Under the pieces are notes generated by a model. The model did no database searches, was not told the DNA's origin, and saw nothing but the letters and a program-made list of their open reading frames with translations. Both the position numbers and the translations under genes were made by a program. Below, one piece after another: positions 9,656-17,542 of a stretch of 45,245 bases of DNA. The stretch comes from an uncultured bacterium (GTDB taxonomy: Bacteria; Bacteroidota; Bacteroidia; NS11-12g; UBA9320): positions 1-45,245 of the forward strand of contig CAWVTM010000002.1 in assembly GCA_963933305.1 (NCBI GenBank), in the 5' to 3' direction. Each line of letters opens with the position of its first letter. Positions within the stretch are counted from its first letter, which is position 1.

Positions 9656-10172
9656 ATATACAACAAAGGTAATCACTCTAGTGATTTGTGCTACGCTAGT
9701 GGCTTGTACCCCTGATAGTTTAGGGTTTAGTGATGTGCCTGCTATATCTATGGAGTCTGTGACGGTACTAAGTGACCTGGAGGGTAATGATAGTATCATA
9801 CAAGTGACTATCTACTACCAAGATGGAGACGGTGATATAGGGCTTACTGGTGCTGATACATCAGCACCTTATGATTTAGGTAGCCCATATTCCCATAATC
9901 TTCCAGTTACCTACTTAGTGAAAAATAGCGTTGATAGCTTCGTGCAGCTTCGTAAATCTAACGGAGATTTGTATGGGAATCAACACGAGCGTATTCCTGT
10001 GATTACTCCTACGGGAAAGTATAAATCCATCTCAGGGACACTTCAGGTAAATTTGCCTGCTAATCCTATATCCCTTGAGCCTAAAACGATAATACTAGAG
10101 ATCAAACTAATAGACAGAGCTCTCAATGTGAGTAATACTGTGACTACCGAAGTGATCCAATTGAAACATTAA
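9636..10172 (+). CDS. hypothetical lipoprotein (beta-rich, DGDGD motif)
   Basis: Preferred start is the ATG at 9636, giving MLGNRIIYTTKVITLVICATLVAC (signal peptide plus lipobox Cys). Contains YYQDGDGDIG. No known family recognised. Confidence 0.55.
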   Translation: MLGNRIIYTTKVITLVICATLVACTPDSLGFSDVPAISMESVTVLSDLEGNDSIIQVTIYYQDGDGDIGLTGADTSAPYDLGSPYSHNLPVTYLVKNSVDSFVQLRKSNGDLYGNQHERIPVITPTGKYKSISGTLQVNLPANPISLEPKTIILEIKLIDRALNVSNTVTTEVIQLKH

Positions 10173-10243
10173 TGTATTTAATACTGTACATCATAAAGCA
10201 TTGAAATAATTATTCTAAAATGAATGTGAGTATCATTTTTTTA

Positions 10244-10251
10244 TATGTTTG
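10244..10251 (+). promoter_or_regulatory. candidate Bacteroidota -7 promoter box (TATGTTTG, matches TAnnTTTG) upstream of the first ompH gene
   Basis: Exact match to the TAnnTTTG consensus, 64 nt upstream of the ATG at 10315. I saw no clear -33 TTTG element. Confidence 0.3.
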
Positions 10252-10314
10252 CAGCACTTTGAGCAATTTAGCACGGTTTGTGTATTAAACGTACTGAAAT
10301 AAAATAGTCATACC

Positions 10315-10911
10315 ATGAAATTAATGATCAAAATAACGACACTGTTTGCCATTTTTGCTTTTTCTTCTACTTCAGTGCTAGCTCAGAAATTCGCATACGT
10401 AGATTCAGAATATATCCTATCACAGATGCCAGCATATAAGTCCGCTCAGACTCAGCTAAACGAGATCAGTAAGCAGTGGCAGTTTAAAGTGGATGAAAAA
10501 TTCGTAGAAATAGATAAGCTCTACAAGCAGTATCAAGCAGAGAAAGTCCTTCTTACTAAGGACATGAAAACAAAGCGTGAAAATGAAATTATAGAAAAAG
10601 AGCGTGCTGCAAAGAAGTTTCAGAATGATAAGTTTGGGTATGAAGGAGAACTATTCAAGAAACGCTCTGAGCTCGTCAAGCCATTACAAGACAAATTGTA
10701 TGAAGCCATCAATAAAGTAGCTAAGGGAAATGGTCTAGATTTTATTTTTGATAAAAGCGGCGACATGCTCATGCTAGTATCTAATTCAAAGTATGATAGA
10801 AGCGATGAAGTGCTCGAAGAATTAGGAGTAGTACCTTCTAAAAAGGGGAATGATAATAATCTGCCTCCAGGATCTAAAGACTATGATGACGAAGACCTTC
10901 CTCCTAGATAA
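10315..10911 (+). CDS. OmpH/Skp-family periplasmic chaperone
   Basis: 198-aa ORF with signal peptide (FAFSSTSVLAQK). FAYVDSEYIL start and long K/E/Q-rich coiled-coil body are typical of OmpH/Skp. Acidic, Pro-rich tail. Confidence 0.8.
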   Translation: MKLMIKITTLFAIFAFSSTSVLAQKFAYVDSEYILSQMPAYKSAQTQLNEISKQWQFKVDEKFVEIDKLYKQYQAEKVLLTKDMKTKRENEIIEKERAAKKFQNDKFGYEGELFKKRSELVKPLQDKLYEAINKVAKGNGLDFIFDKSGDMLMLVSNSKYDRSDEVLEELGVVPSKKGNDNNLPPGSKDYDDEDLPPR

Positions 10912-10956
10912 GTAATTAAAATCAACAGCAATAAATATAAAAACAATAAACAACAG

Positions 10957-11466
10957 ATGAAAAAAGCAATCGTAATAATGCTAATGCTATGTGGTACTAT
11001 AGGTGCTCAAGCTCAAACTAAAGTAGCTCATATTAACATAAGCGCGTTGATAGAAACTATGCCAGAGGCAGACAGTATCCAGAAAAAACTATTGAAGGAG
11101 CAGGAGCAATGGCAACTTATTCTTTCCGAAAAAGAAAAGGATGCACAAATCAAATATACTGCTTTAATGAAAATCTTAGATGATCCAAATGTACCTAAGA
11201 CTTTAAAAGAGATTCAGACACAAGAAGTAGAAAATTTACAGAAGCAGTATCAAGAACTCAACCAAAGAGCTCAGCAAGAATTGCAAAAAAAGCAAGAAGA
11301 GCTTCTCGGTCCCTTACTAGCTAAGGTGAAGGCAACCGTCAGTAAGGTAGCCAAAGCTAACGGGTACTCTTATGTAATGGATAATACAGAGGGTGGTAGC
11401 ATCATATACAGTGATGATGCGTATGATCTTATGCCTTTAGTGAAGGCTGAATTGGGTATTAAATAA
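10957..11466 (+). CDS. OmpH/Skp-family periplasmic chaperone (second paralogue)
   Basis: 169-aa ORF with signal peptide (LCGTIGAQAQ). VAHINISALI plus a coiled-coil Q/E/K-rich body. Tandem with the previous gene. Confidence 0.8.
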   Translation: MKKAIVIMLMLCGTIGAQAQTKVAHINISALIETMPEADSIQKKLLKEQEQWQLILSEKEKDAQIKYTALMKILDDPNVPKTLKEIQTQEVENLQKQYQELNQRAQQELQKKQEELLGPLLAKVKATVSKVAKANGYSYVMDNTEGGSIIYSDDAYDLMPLVKAELGIK

Positions 11467-11473
11467 TAGGAGT

Positions 11474-12265
11474 ATCAAAGCGTCTCAACCTATAGGCGTT
11501 TTTGATTCAGGGCTTGGTGGACTTACCATACTGAAAGCTCTGCAAAAAAAACTTCCAAATGAGCAGTTTGTCTATTATGGCGATACTGCTCATTTACCGT
11601 ATGGAGATAAGAGCGAAGAAGCTCTTATATCTTATGTACAAGCTATTGCACATTTTTTAAAGAGCAAAGACTGTAAGATTCTGGTAGTGGCTTGTAATAG
11701 TGCCACTACAGTGATTAACAAAGCTCCTAACCTCCCGTATTCTTCAGAGGATATAATAGAGGTGATAAGTCCTATAGTAAATCTCATAGCCACACAGCAG
11801 AAGTACACTAACATAGGTATTATCGGTACACGAAAGACGATAAGCTCTGGGATGTTTAATGAAGCTTTAGCTCTGCAAAACGGGAATCTCCAAATCACTG
11901 TAAGAGCTACTCCACTGCTTGTTCCACTTATTGAAGACGGATTTTTAGAAGAGAATGTGCTTTTTCCTGTATTTGATAGGTACTTTAAAGGATTTCAAAA
12001 CTGTCAACTGCTCATACCTGCGTGTACACATTATCCCATTATTTATCAGCAGATAGAGTCTTATTTTGACAATAGGCTAAAAGTGTTACACACACCAAAA
12101 ATAATAGCTGAATCTGTAGAGGCAATGTTGGAGCAAAAAGGACTACTCTCTACAACTAAAAATAATGAGGACGATTATCATCTGTCAGATGTGACGGATG
12201 AGTTTCTAAGAGAAGCAGAACTCTTTTTGGGCAAAAAAGTCCATTTTAACCGTACGTTGGTCTAA
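11474..12265 (+). CDS. murI: glutamate racemase; 5' end uncertain, no canonical start codon
   Basis: The track ORF (GTG 11687) starts right at the catalytic VVACNSAT motif. The same frame is open back to the TAA at 11465-11467. That upstream part encodes the conserved N-terminus PIGVFDSGLGGLTILKAL...YYGDTAHLPYG. The second catalytic motif is PACTHYP. There is no ATG/GTG/TTG in frame between 11468 and 11686, so the ATC at 11474 is given as a provisional start. Confidence 0.75.
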   Translation: MKASQPIGVFDSGLGGLTILKALQKKLPNEQFVYYGDTAHLPYGDKSEEALISYVQAIAHFLKSKDCKILVVACNSATTVINKAPNLPYSSEDIIEVISPIVNLIATQQKYTNIGIIGTRKTISSGMFNEALALQNGNLQITVRATPLLVPLIEDGFLEENVLFPVFDRYFKGFQNCQLLIPACTHYPIIYQQIESYFDNRLKVLHTPKIIAESVEAMLEQKGLLSTTKNNEDDYHLSDVTDEFLREAELFLGKKVHFNRTLV

Positions 12266-12695
12266 TATGACCATACCTCAAATAAGCTAATATTTCTAGT
12301 TTTAACGTTCCTCAGGTCAAAAGTAAACGTGGTTTACTAAATACCTTCATTGGCCAAAATACGGTCTGAATTGCAAAATTCATTGCCGAACTTAGCACTA
12401 ACAAATTAATCAATATGCTAAGAAAATACATGCCAATTACATTTTTATTTTTTCAATTTCAGGTCTGGCACATGATCAGTTTGCGGATATCAGAGGAGTA
12501 TAGCCCTGAAATTTTGATGCTTACTATGATAAGTTGAATTAGACCCTTTGTTACGCACAGTCAATTGTATATTATTATTATAACCTAAAGAAGAACAGTC
12601 CTGATAATTTTGGTGCTCTAAGAAACTTAAGTGTGACACTAAGAAGTACATTTTAATCAAACGGAATAACAGATATTTGCATCGTAAAAAAATCA

Positions 12696-13649
12696 ATGAA
12701 TAAGAAGCATCACATACTTATAATAGATGACGTGCACCCCTTGTTTATGAGTAAGCTCTCAGGTTACTCTATGGAATATGTACCTGATATTGTCAAAGAC
12801 GTTCTTTGGGACGCTATGCAAGAGGCTACTATACTCGTGATGCGTACTAAGCTTCATATGAATGCGGACTGGATAGACAGGGCTCCTAAGCTGAAACTTA
12901 TAGCTAGGCTAGGCTCAGGAATGGATAATATAGATGTGGATTATGCTACCACTAAGGGGATACACTGCATAAATGCCCCAGAGGGCAATAGAAATGCGGT
13001 AGCTGAACAAACTATAGGCACTATGCTTACACTTTTGAGTAATGTATATAAAGGAGATAGGGAGGTCAGCCAAGGAGTGTGGGATAGGAAAGGAAATGAG
13101 GGTAGAGAGCTAAGAAATCTCACGGTAGGTATTATTGGCTATGGGAGCGTAGGGTCTCGATTAGCTGAGTTATTAGTAGGTTTTGGGTGTGAGATACTTG
13201 CTTATGATTTGTATAAAAATGGTTTTGGAAATACACAGATAAAAGAAGTGCATTTAGCAGAGCTACAAGACCGATCAGATATAGTGACGATCCATGTACC
13301 ACTCACAAATAATTCTCAGAACATGGTAAATGATGAATTTATAGATAAAATGAAGAAATCATTCCTATTATTAAACCTTTCAAGAGGTGCTGTAGTAAAT
13401 ATTTCTGCACTTATAAATGGAATAAAAAGTGGTAAAGTATTGGGTGTTGGATTGGATGTTTTACCGAATGAGAAACTAGATACTTATACAGACGAAGAGC
13501 AAAATAACCTATCGTATCTAACAGACAGTAAAGTAGTTATGATAAGTCCGCATATTGGTGGAATTACCAAAGATGCCTATATAATGTTAGCAGAAGTGCT
13601 GGCAGATAAAATATTAAAGTGGGATATTAGACTCCCACTTGTGAACTGA
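12696..13649 (+). CDS. D-isomer-specific 2-hydroxyacid dehydrogenase (phosphoglycerate dehydrogenase-like)
   Basis: 317-aa ORF with NAD-binding GIIGYGSVGSRLA. Catalytic-triad contexts LNLSRGAVV, GLDVLPNE and SPHIGG. Confidence 0.8.
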   Translation: MNKKHHILIIDDVHPLFMSKLSGYSMEYVPDIVKDVLWDAMQEATILVMRTKLHMNADWIDRAPKLKLIARLGSGMDNIDVDYATTKGIHCINAPEGNRNAVAEQTIGTMLTLLSNVYKGDREVSQGVWDRKGNEGRELRNLTVGIIGYGSVGSRLAELLVGFGCEILAYDLYKNGFGNTQIKEVHLAELQDRSDIVTIHVPLTNNSQNMVNDEFIDKMKKSFLLLNLSRGAVVNISALINGIKSGKVLGVGLDVLPNEKLDTYTDEEQNNLSYLTDSKVVMISPHIGGITKDAYIMLAEVLADKILKWDIRLPLVN

Positions 13650-13735
13650 AACTTACCCTTAGGTAAAATTAATTTGAATAATTGCATTTTTATAGCAAAT
13701 ATTGAAGTTCGAAAAAACGTGTAAAAGCAAAGTAT

Positions 13736-16700
13736 ATGAGAAAAACACTTACAGTAATATTGGTTTGTTTTTTTGCAGCCGCATCCTACGCCCAGTCCAA
13801 TTTTGGAAAGCTTCAAGGAAAGGTTACAGATGCCAAAACTAAAATACCAGTTGCCTACGCTACTATACTTCTCGAAAAAGAGGGGATACGTAAGGGTGGA
13901 GCATACACTGATGATGAAGGAAAGTACGTGATTAATGCCTTAGATCCGGGCACGTACAGTGTCACAGTGAATTATCTTGATTATCAAGATAAGAAAGTTA
14001 TTGGTGTGGAGATATCTTCTAACAGTACTAAATACCTCAATATAGAGATGAGTCAGCAGTCTGCAGAAGACGGTGGAATAGCTCAACTGGGTCCAGCAGT
14101 AGTAAGAGCTGGTCGGCCACTCATAGAAAAAGATAAGAATACACAGACCTTAACAAGTGGAGATATAGCTAAGCTTCCTACTCGGAATTTGAATGCTATT
14201 GCAGCTACCTCATCTGGTGCTAATCAGACCAATGGTGGAGGAATATCGTTCTTAGGGAGTAGAGAGGATGCTACAGCATATTTCGTAGATGGTGTACGTG
14301 TACTGGGAAGTTCTAGTGTGCCTCAGTCTGCTCAAGGGCAGATAGATATTATACAGTCTGGTATACCAGCTCAGTATGGTGACTTTACGGGTGGAGCGAT
14401 TAGTATTACTACTAAAGGTCCATCACGTGCAGTGCGTCGTAGTTTTGAGCTTATTTCGTCAAGTCCATTTGATCCATATCACTTCAATCAGGCTGAGTTT
14501 TCTGCACTTGGACCATTATGGATTAAAAATAAAGGAGGAGGAGATAAGGAGTATGTAGCTTTAGGGTATCAAATCTCTGCCAATGTAAATTACAGTGCAG
14601 ATAATCGTCCAGGAGCTGGAGGTTTTTATAGTGTGAAGGCAGATGTGCTTGATGATTTAGAAGCGAATCCGATAACTGAAAACCCAAATGGACCAGGCTT
14701 TATTTACCGCTCACTGCTTCTTAATCAAGATGATCTAGAAGTGACTAAAGCAAGAAAAAATGTTGCTGCTTACTTTGGTAATGTACAAGGCAAGTTAGAG
14801 TATCTGCCTAACAAGAATACTTCAATCAGTATGTTTGGCTCATTCAATCAAAACCAAGGGAATAATTGGAACTATACTCAATCTCTGATGAACTACAGAG
14901 AATATAGCCACAGTACTAGCCAGACATTAAGAACGTATGTGAAATTCACTCAAAGACTAGGTAGTACGAGTGAAGATGACAAAGAAAAAGAGAAATCATT
15001 ATTTTCAGATGCATTTTATAACATACGTCTAGACTATCAGAGTAATTGGCGTGAGACTGAAAATCCACTGCACGAAGGAAATTTCTTCGATTATGGATAC
15101 ATAGGGAAGTTTACTGCAAACAAAGAGCCATTTTATCAGTTTGTCAATGATCCTATCAATCATATTGATCAAAATGGAGATACTGTAACACGTCAAGGGT
15201 ACTTTAACTACTTGACAGATTTTAATACGAGTATCGATTTTGAAAGAAGTGATAAAAATCCACAGCGAGCTGCATATACCCAAAGTCTATTTGACTTTTT
15301 TGAGAACTCTAATAGGACATTACGAACAGATGCAGATATACAGCAGGATTTAGGAATATTAAATGGATTTACTCCTAATCTTACCTACTCACTGTGGTCC
15401 AATCCAGGGTCAGGTGCTACAGGTTATTCCAAGTCACAAAATGAGAGAATAGCGGCATATGCACAAGGAGAGGCTATTCTTAACCTGGAAAATTCACATG
15501 ATTTACAATTTGGTATGTATTTCGAGCAGACTTTATTTAGCTCTTGGAATTTAGGTGCAGGTGGTCTATGGACGCTTATGCCACAACTGGCTAATAGTCA
15601 TATCACTGAGCGTGATTTTGTTACTGAGAATGGATACATCATTGGTGGTAACCATTCATATGATGATTTCGGTACATTTACAGATACCGTCAGCTACGAT
15701 ATACGTGTAGATGCAGATCAACAAAAAACGTTTGATAGAAACTTAAGAGCTAAACTCATAGAGACTGGTGCTAGAGATGCCGCGGGTAATTTATATACTG
15801 AATCCTCTTTTATAGATATCAATGCATTGGACCCGAGCACATTTTCACTGGATATGTTTGGTGCTAATGATCTCTGGAACAATGGTAGCAACAGGGTGTC
15901 TTATTTTGGGTATGATTATTTAGGTAACCGTACACGTAAGGCCTTCTCTTTTAATGATTTTGTAAATGACTTAGACAATAGAAGTATCGGTTCATTCGCA
16001 CCCGTTTATAGTGCTGTGTGGTTACAAGACAAGTTCCAGTTTAAGGATCTTGTTTTGAGACTAGGTGTACGTGTGGAGAGATATGATGCTAATCAGCAAG
16101 GTCTTAAAGATCAGTATTCTCTTTTTGCTACTAAATCTGCAGGGGAACTTGCCAGCATAGAGTCAGGTGATAGAGGTTCAAATTTATTGACAAGCTATAC
16201 GGTGCCTAGTAATATAGGAGACGACTATGTGGTATATGTAGATGATATAGAAAATCCAGGAGAAGTAGTAGGCTATAGAGATGGAAATACCTGGTACGCT
16301 CCAGACGGCACAGAATTGGCTAGCCCGGACCTTGTGCAGCAGTCTACTAAGAGTGGTAGAATTCAGCCATTCCTAAATAGTACCAATGAAGATATAGATC
16401 CATCTGCCTTTGAAGACTACAAACCAGTAATTAATGTACTTCCTCGTGTATGGTTTTCTTTTCCTATCAATTCTGAAGCACAGTTTTTTGCTAACTATGA
16501 TAAGCTAGCACAGAGACCAAATGACGGCTTAATTTTCGCACCTATTAACAGATATGAGTTTTTAGAAGAAAATCAGGGAGGAGTGCTTCCGAATGCTAAT
16601 CTGCAACCACGTGTAAAAACACTGTATGAGATGGGCTTTAAGCAAACATTATCTCGGAATTCTGCCCTAAGTATTATAGCAAGTTATGCTGAGACAAGAG

Positions 16701-17506
16701 GCGATTACGCCTTGGTACAAATAAATCAGGCATATCCCATTACGTATCAGAGTTATCAAAACTTAGATTTTGAAACAGTGAAAAATTTCAGAGCAGAGTA
16801 TGAAATGAGAGGAGAAGGAAGAACTTCGCTTGCCATTAACTATTCACTACTGTTTGCAGATGGTACAGGATCTAACGCTAACTCTGCTGCTGCACTTATA
16901 CAAGCAGGTCAGCCTAACTTGAGGTCACTATATCCTACAGAGCGTGATGTACGTCACCAGATTACGGCAAGGTTAGACTACAGATTCAGAGGTGGAAATG
17001 AGTATACTGGACCTATCTGGTTCAATAAAAAAGTATTTGCGGATGCAGGTGCTAATTTCATTATTTCTACTAAGTCTGGTCAGCCTTACTCAGCGTATCG
17101 TAACGAAATAGCTGGAGTAGCTATAGGTACAGCGTCACGTCAGTCATTAGATGGTAATCCATTCGGTTCTAGACTTCCTTGGCAGTTTAAGGTAGATGGT
17201 ACTTTCAGTAAAAACTTTAGTATCAGAAAGAGAAATCCGAAAGATAACTACAGAGCACAAAGCTTAGAAATACAGGCGTTCTTATGGGTACAAAATTTAC
17301 TAAATGTTCGTAATATTATAAATGTATACGGCTTCTCCAGGTTGCCAAACGATGATGGATGGTTAAGTTCTCCTCAAGGTGCTCAGTCAGCTAGCAATGA
17401 AGTGAACACACAGTCTTATTTAGCACTATATAATGCTAAAGTAGATGATCCACGTAATTACACTACTCCTAGACTTACTAGAATAGGTGTAAGAGTGTAT
17501 TTCTAA
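13736..17506 (+). CDS. giant TonB-dependent-receptor-type outer-membrane barrel with N-terminal carboxypeptidase-regulatory-like domain (Oar/SusC-type architecture)
   Basis: 1256-aa ORF with signal peptide MRKTLTVILVCFFAAASYAQ. CarboxypepD_reg-like segment GKVTDAKTKIPVAYATILLE...GKYVINALDPGTYSVTVNYLDYQ. Plug-like segment LTSGDIAKLPTRNLNAIAATSSG...FLGSREDATAYFVDGVRV...IPAQYGDFTGGAISITTKG. Ends in the OMP-type terminal RIGVRVYF. Confidence 0.8.
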   Translation: MRKTLTVILVCFFAAASYAQSNFGKLQGKVTDAKTKIPVAYATILLEKEGIRKGGAYTDDEGKYVINALDPGTYSVTVNYLDYQDKKVIGVEISSNSTKYLNIEMSQQSAEDGGIAQLGPAVVRAGRPLIEKDKNTQTLTSGDIAKLPTRNLNAIAATSSGANQTNGGGISFLGSREDATAYFVDGVRVLGSSSVPQSAQGQIDIIQSGIPAQYGDFTGGAISITTKGPSRAVRRSFELISSSPFDPYHFNQAEFSALGPLWIKNKGGGDKEYVALGYQISANVNYSADNRPGAGGFYSVKADVLDDLEANPITENPNGPGFIYRSLLLNQDDLEVTKARKNVAAYFGNVQGKLEYLPNKNTSISMFGSFNQNQGNNWNYTQSLMNYREYSHSTSQTLRTYVKFTQRLGSTSEDDKEKEKSLFSDAFYNIRLDYQSNWRETENPLHEGNFFDYGYIGKFTANKEPFYQFVNDPINHIDQNGDTVTRQGYFNYLTDFNTSIDFERSDKNPQRAAYTQSLFDFFENSNRTLRTDADIQQDLGILNGFTPNLTYSLWSNPGSGATGYSKSQNERIAAYAQGEAILNLENSHDLQFGMYFEQTLFSSWNLGAGGLWTLMPQLANSHITERDFVTENGYIIGGNHSYDDFGTFTDTVSYDIRVDADQQKTFDRNLRAKLIETGARDAAGNLYTESSFIDINALDPSTFSLDMFGANDLWNNGSNRVSYFGYDYLGNRTRKAFSFNDFVNDLDNRSIGSFAPVYSAVWLQDKFQFKDLVLRLGVRVERYDANQQGLKDQYSLFATKSAGELASIESGDRGSNLLTSYTVPSNIGDDYVVYVDDIENPGEVVGYRDGNTWYAPDGTELASPDLVQQSTKSGRIQPFLNSTNEDIDPSAFEDYKPVINVLPRVWFSFPINSEAQFFANYDKLAQRPNDGLIFAPINRYEFLEENQGGVLPNANLQPRVKTLYEMGFKQTLSRNSALSIIASYAETRGDYALVQINQAYPITYQSYQNLDFETVKNFRAEYEMRGEGRTSLAINYSLLFADGTGSNANSAAALIQAGQPNLRSLYPTERDVRHQITARLDYRFRGGNEYTGPIWFNKKVFADAGANFIISTKSGQPYSAYRNEIAGVAIGTASRQSLDGNPFGSRLPWQFKVDGTFSKNFSIRKRNPKDNYRAQSLEIQAFLWVQNLLNVRNIINVYGFSRLPNDDGWLSSPQGAQSASNEVNTQSYLALYNAKVDDPRNYTTPRLTRIGVRVYF

Positions 17507-17542
17507 TATAAAGTTAACGGAGCAGATAGAAGAATATAAGAT

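Noticed and set aside
9656-9799. N-terminal extensions suggested by the ORF track (LuxE-like 9656-9799; also 27131-27169, 27345-27383, 30481-30537, 37630-37659)
   Set aside because: The extended residues have non-protein-like composition or overlap neighbouring genes or promoters. Internal ATGs give N-termini matching family expectations (signal peptides, conserved first motifs).
11544-11551. A8 homopolymer in the murI 5' region as a frameshift or phase-variation site that might supply a start codon from another frame
   Set aside because: Neither alternative frame upstream of the tract contains a start that stays open up to the tract. The TTG/GTG codons at 11502-11519 run into a TGA.
12311-12321. 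The 11-mer CTCAGGTCAAA is shared between the 12.3-kb spacer and the gltA upstream region (27256-27266), with a related TCAGGGTCAAAG at about 27326
   Set aside because: There is a single exact repeat of 11 nt and no shared flanks. This is compatible with chance among AT-rich spacers. It is worth a motif search only if whole-genome data are available.
12312-12431. 39-codon minus-strand mini-ORF encoding a hydrophobic peptide (MYFLSILINLLVLSSAMNFAIQTVFW...) and an overlapping 40-codon plus-strand ORF (12415-12537)
   Set aside because: AT-rich DNA readily yields F/L/I-rich short frames. The two overlap each other and neither has supporting context. They are mentioned only within the spacer finding.
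12466-12484. Sigma-54-like element TGGCAC...TTTGC in the long murI-dehydrogenase spacer
   Set aside because: The GG and GC dinucleotides are 4 nt further apart than the fixed -24/-12 spacing (TGGCAC-N5-TTGC), so it should not bind sigma-54 holoenzyme.
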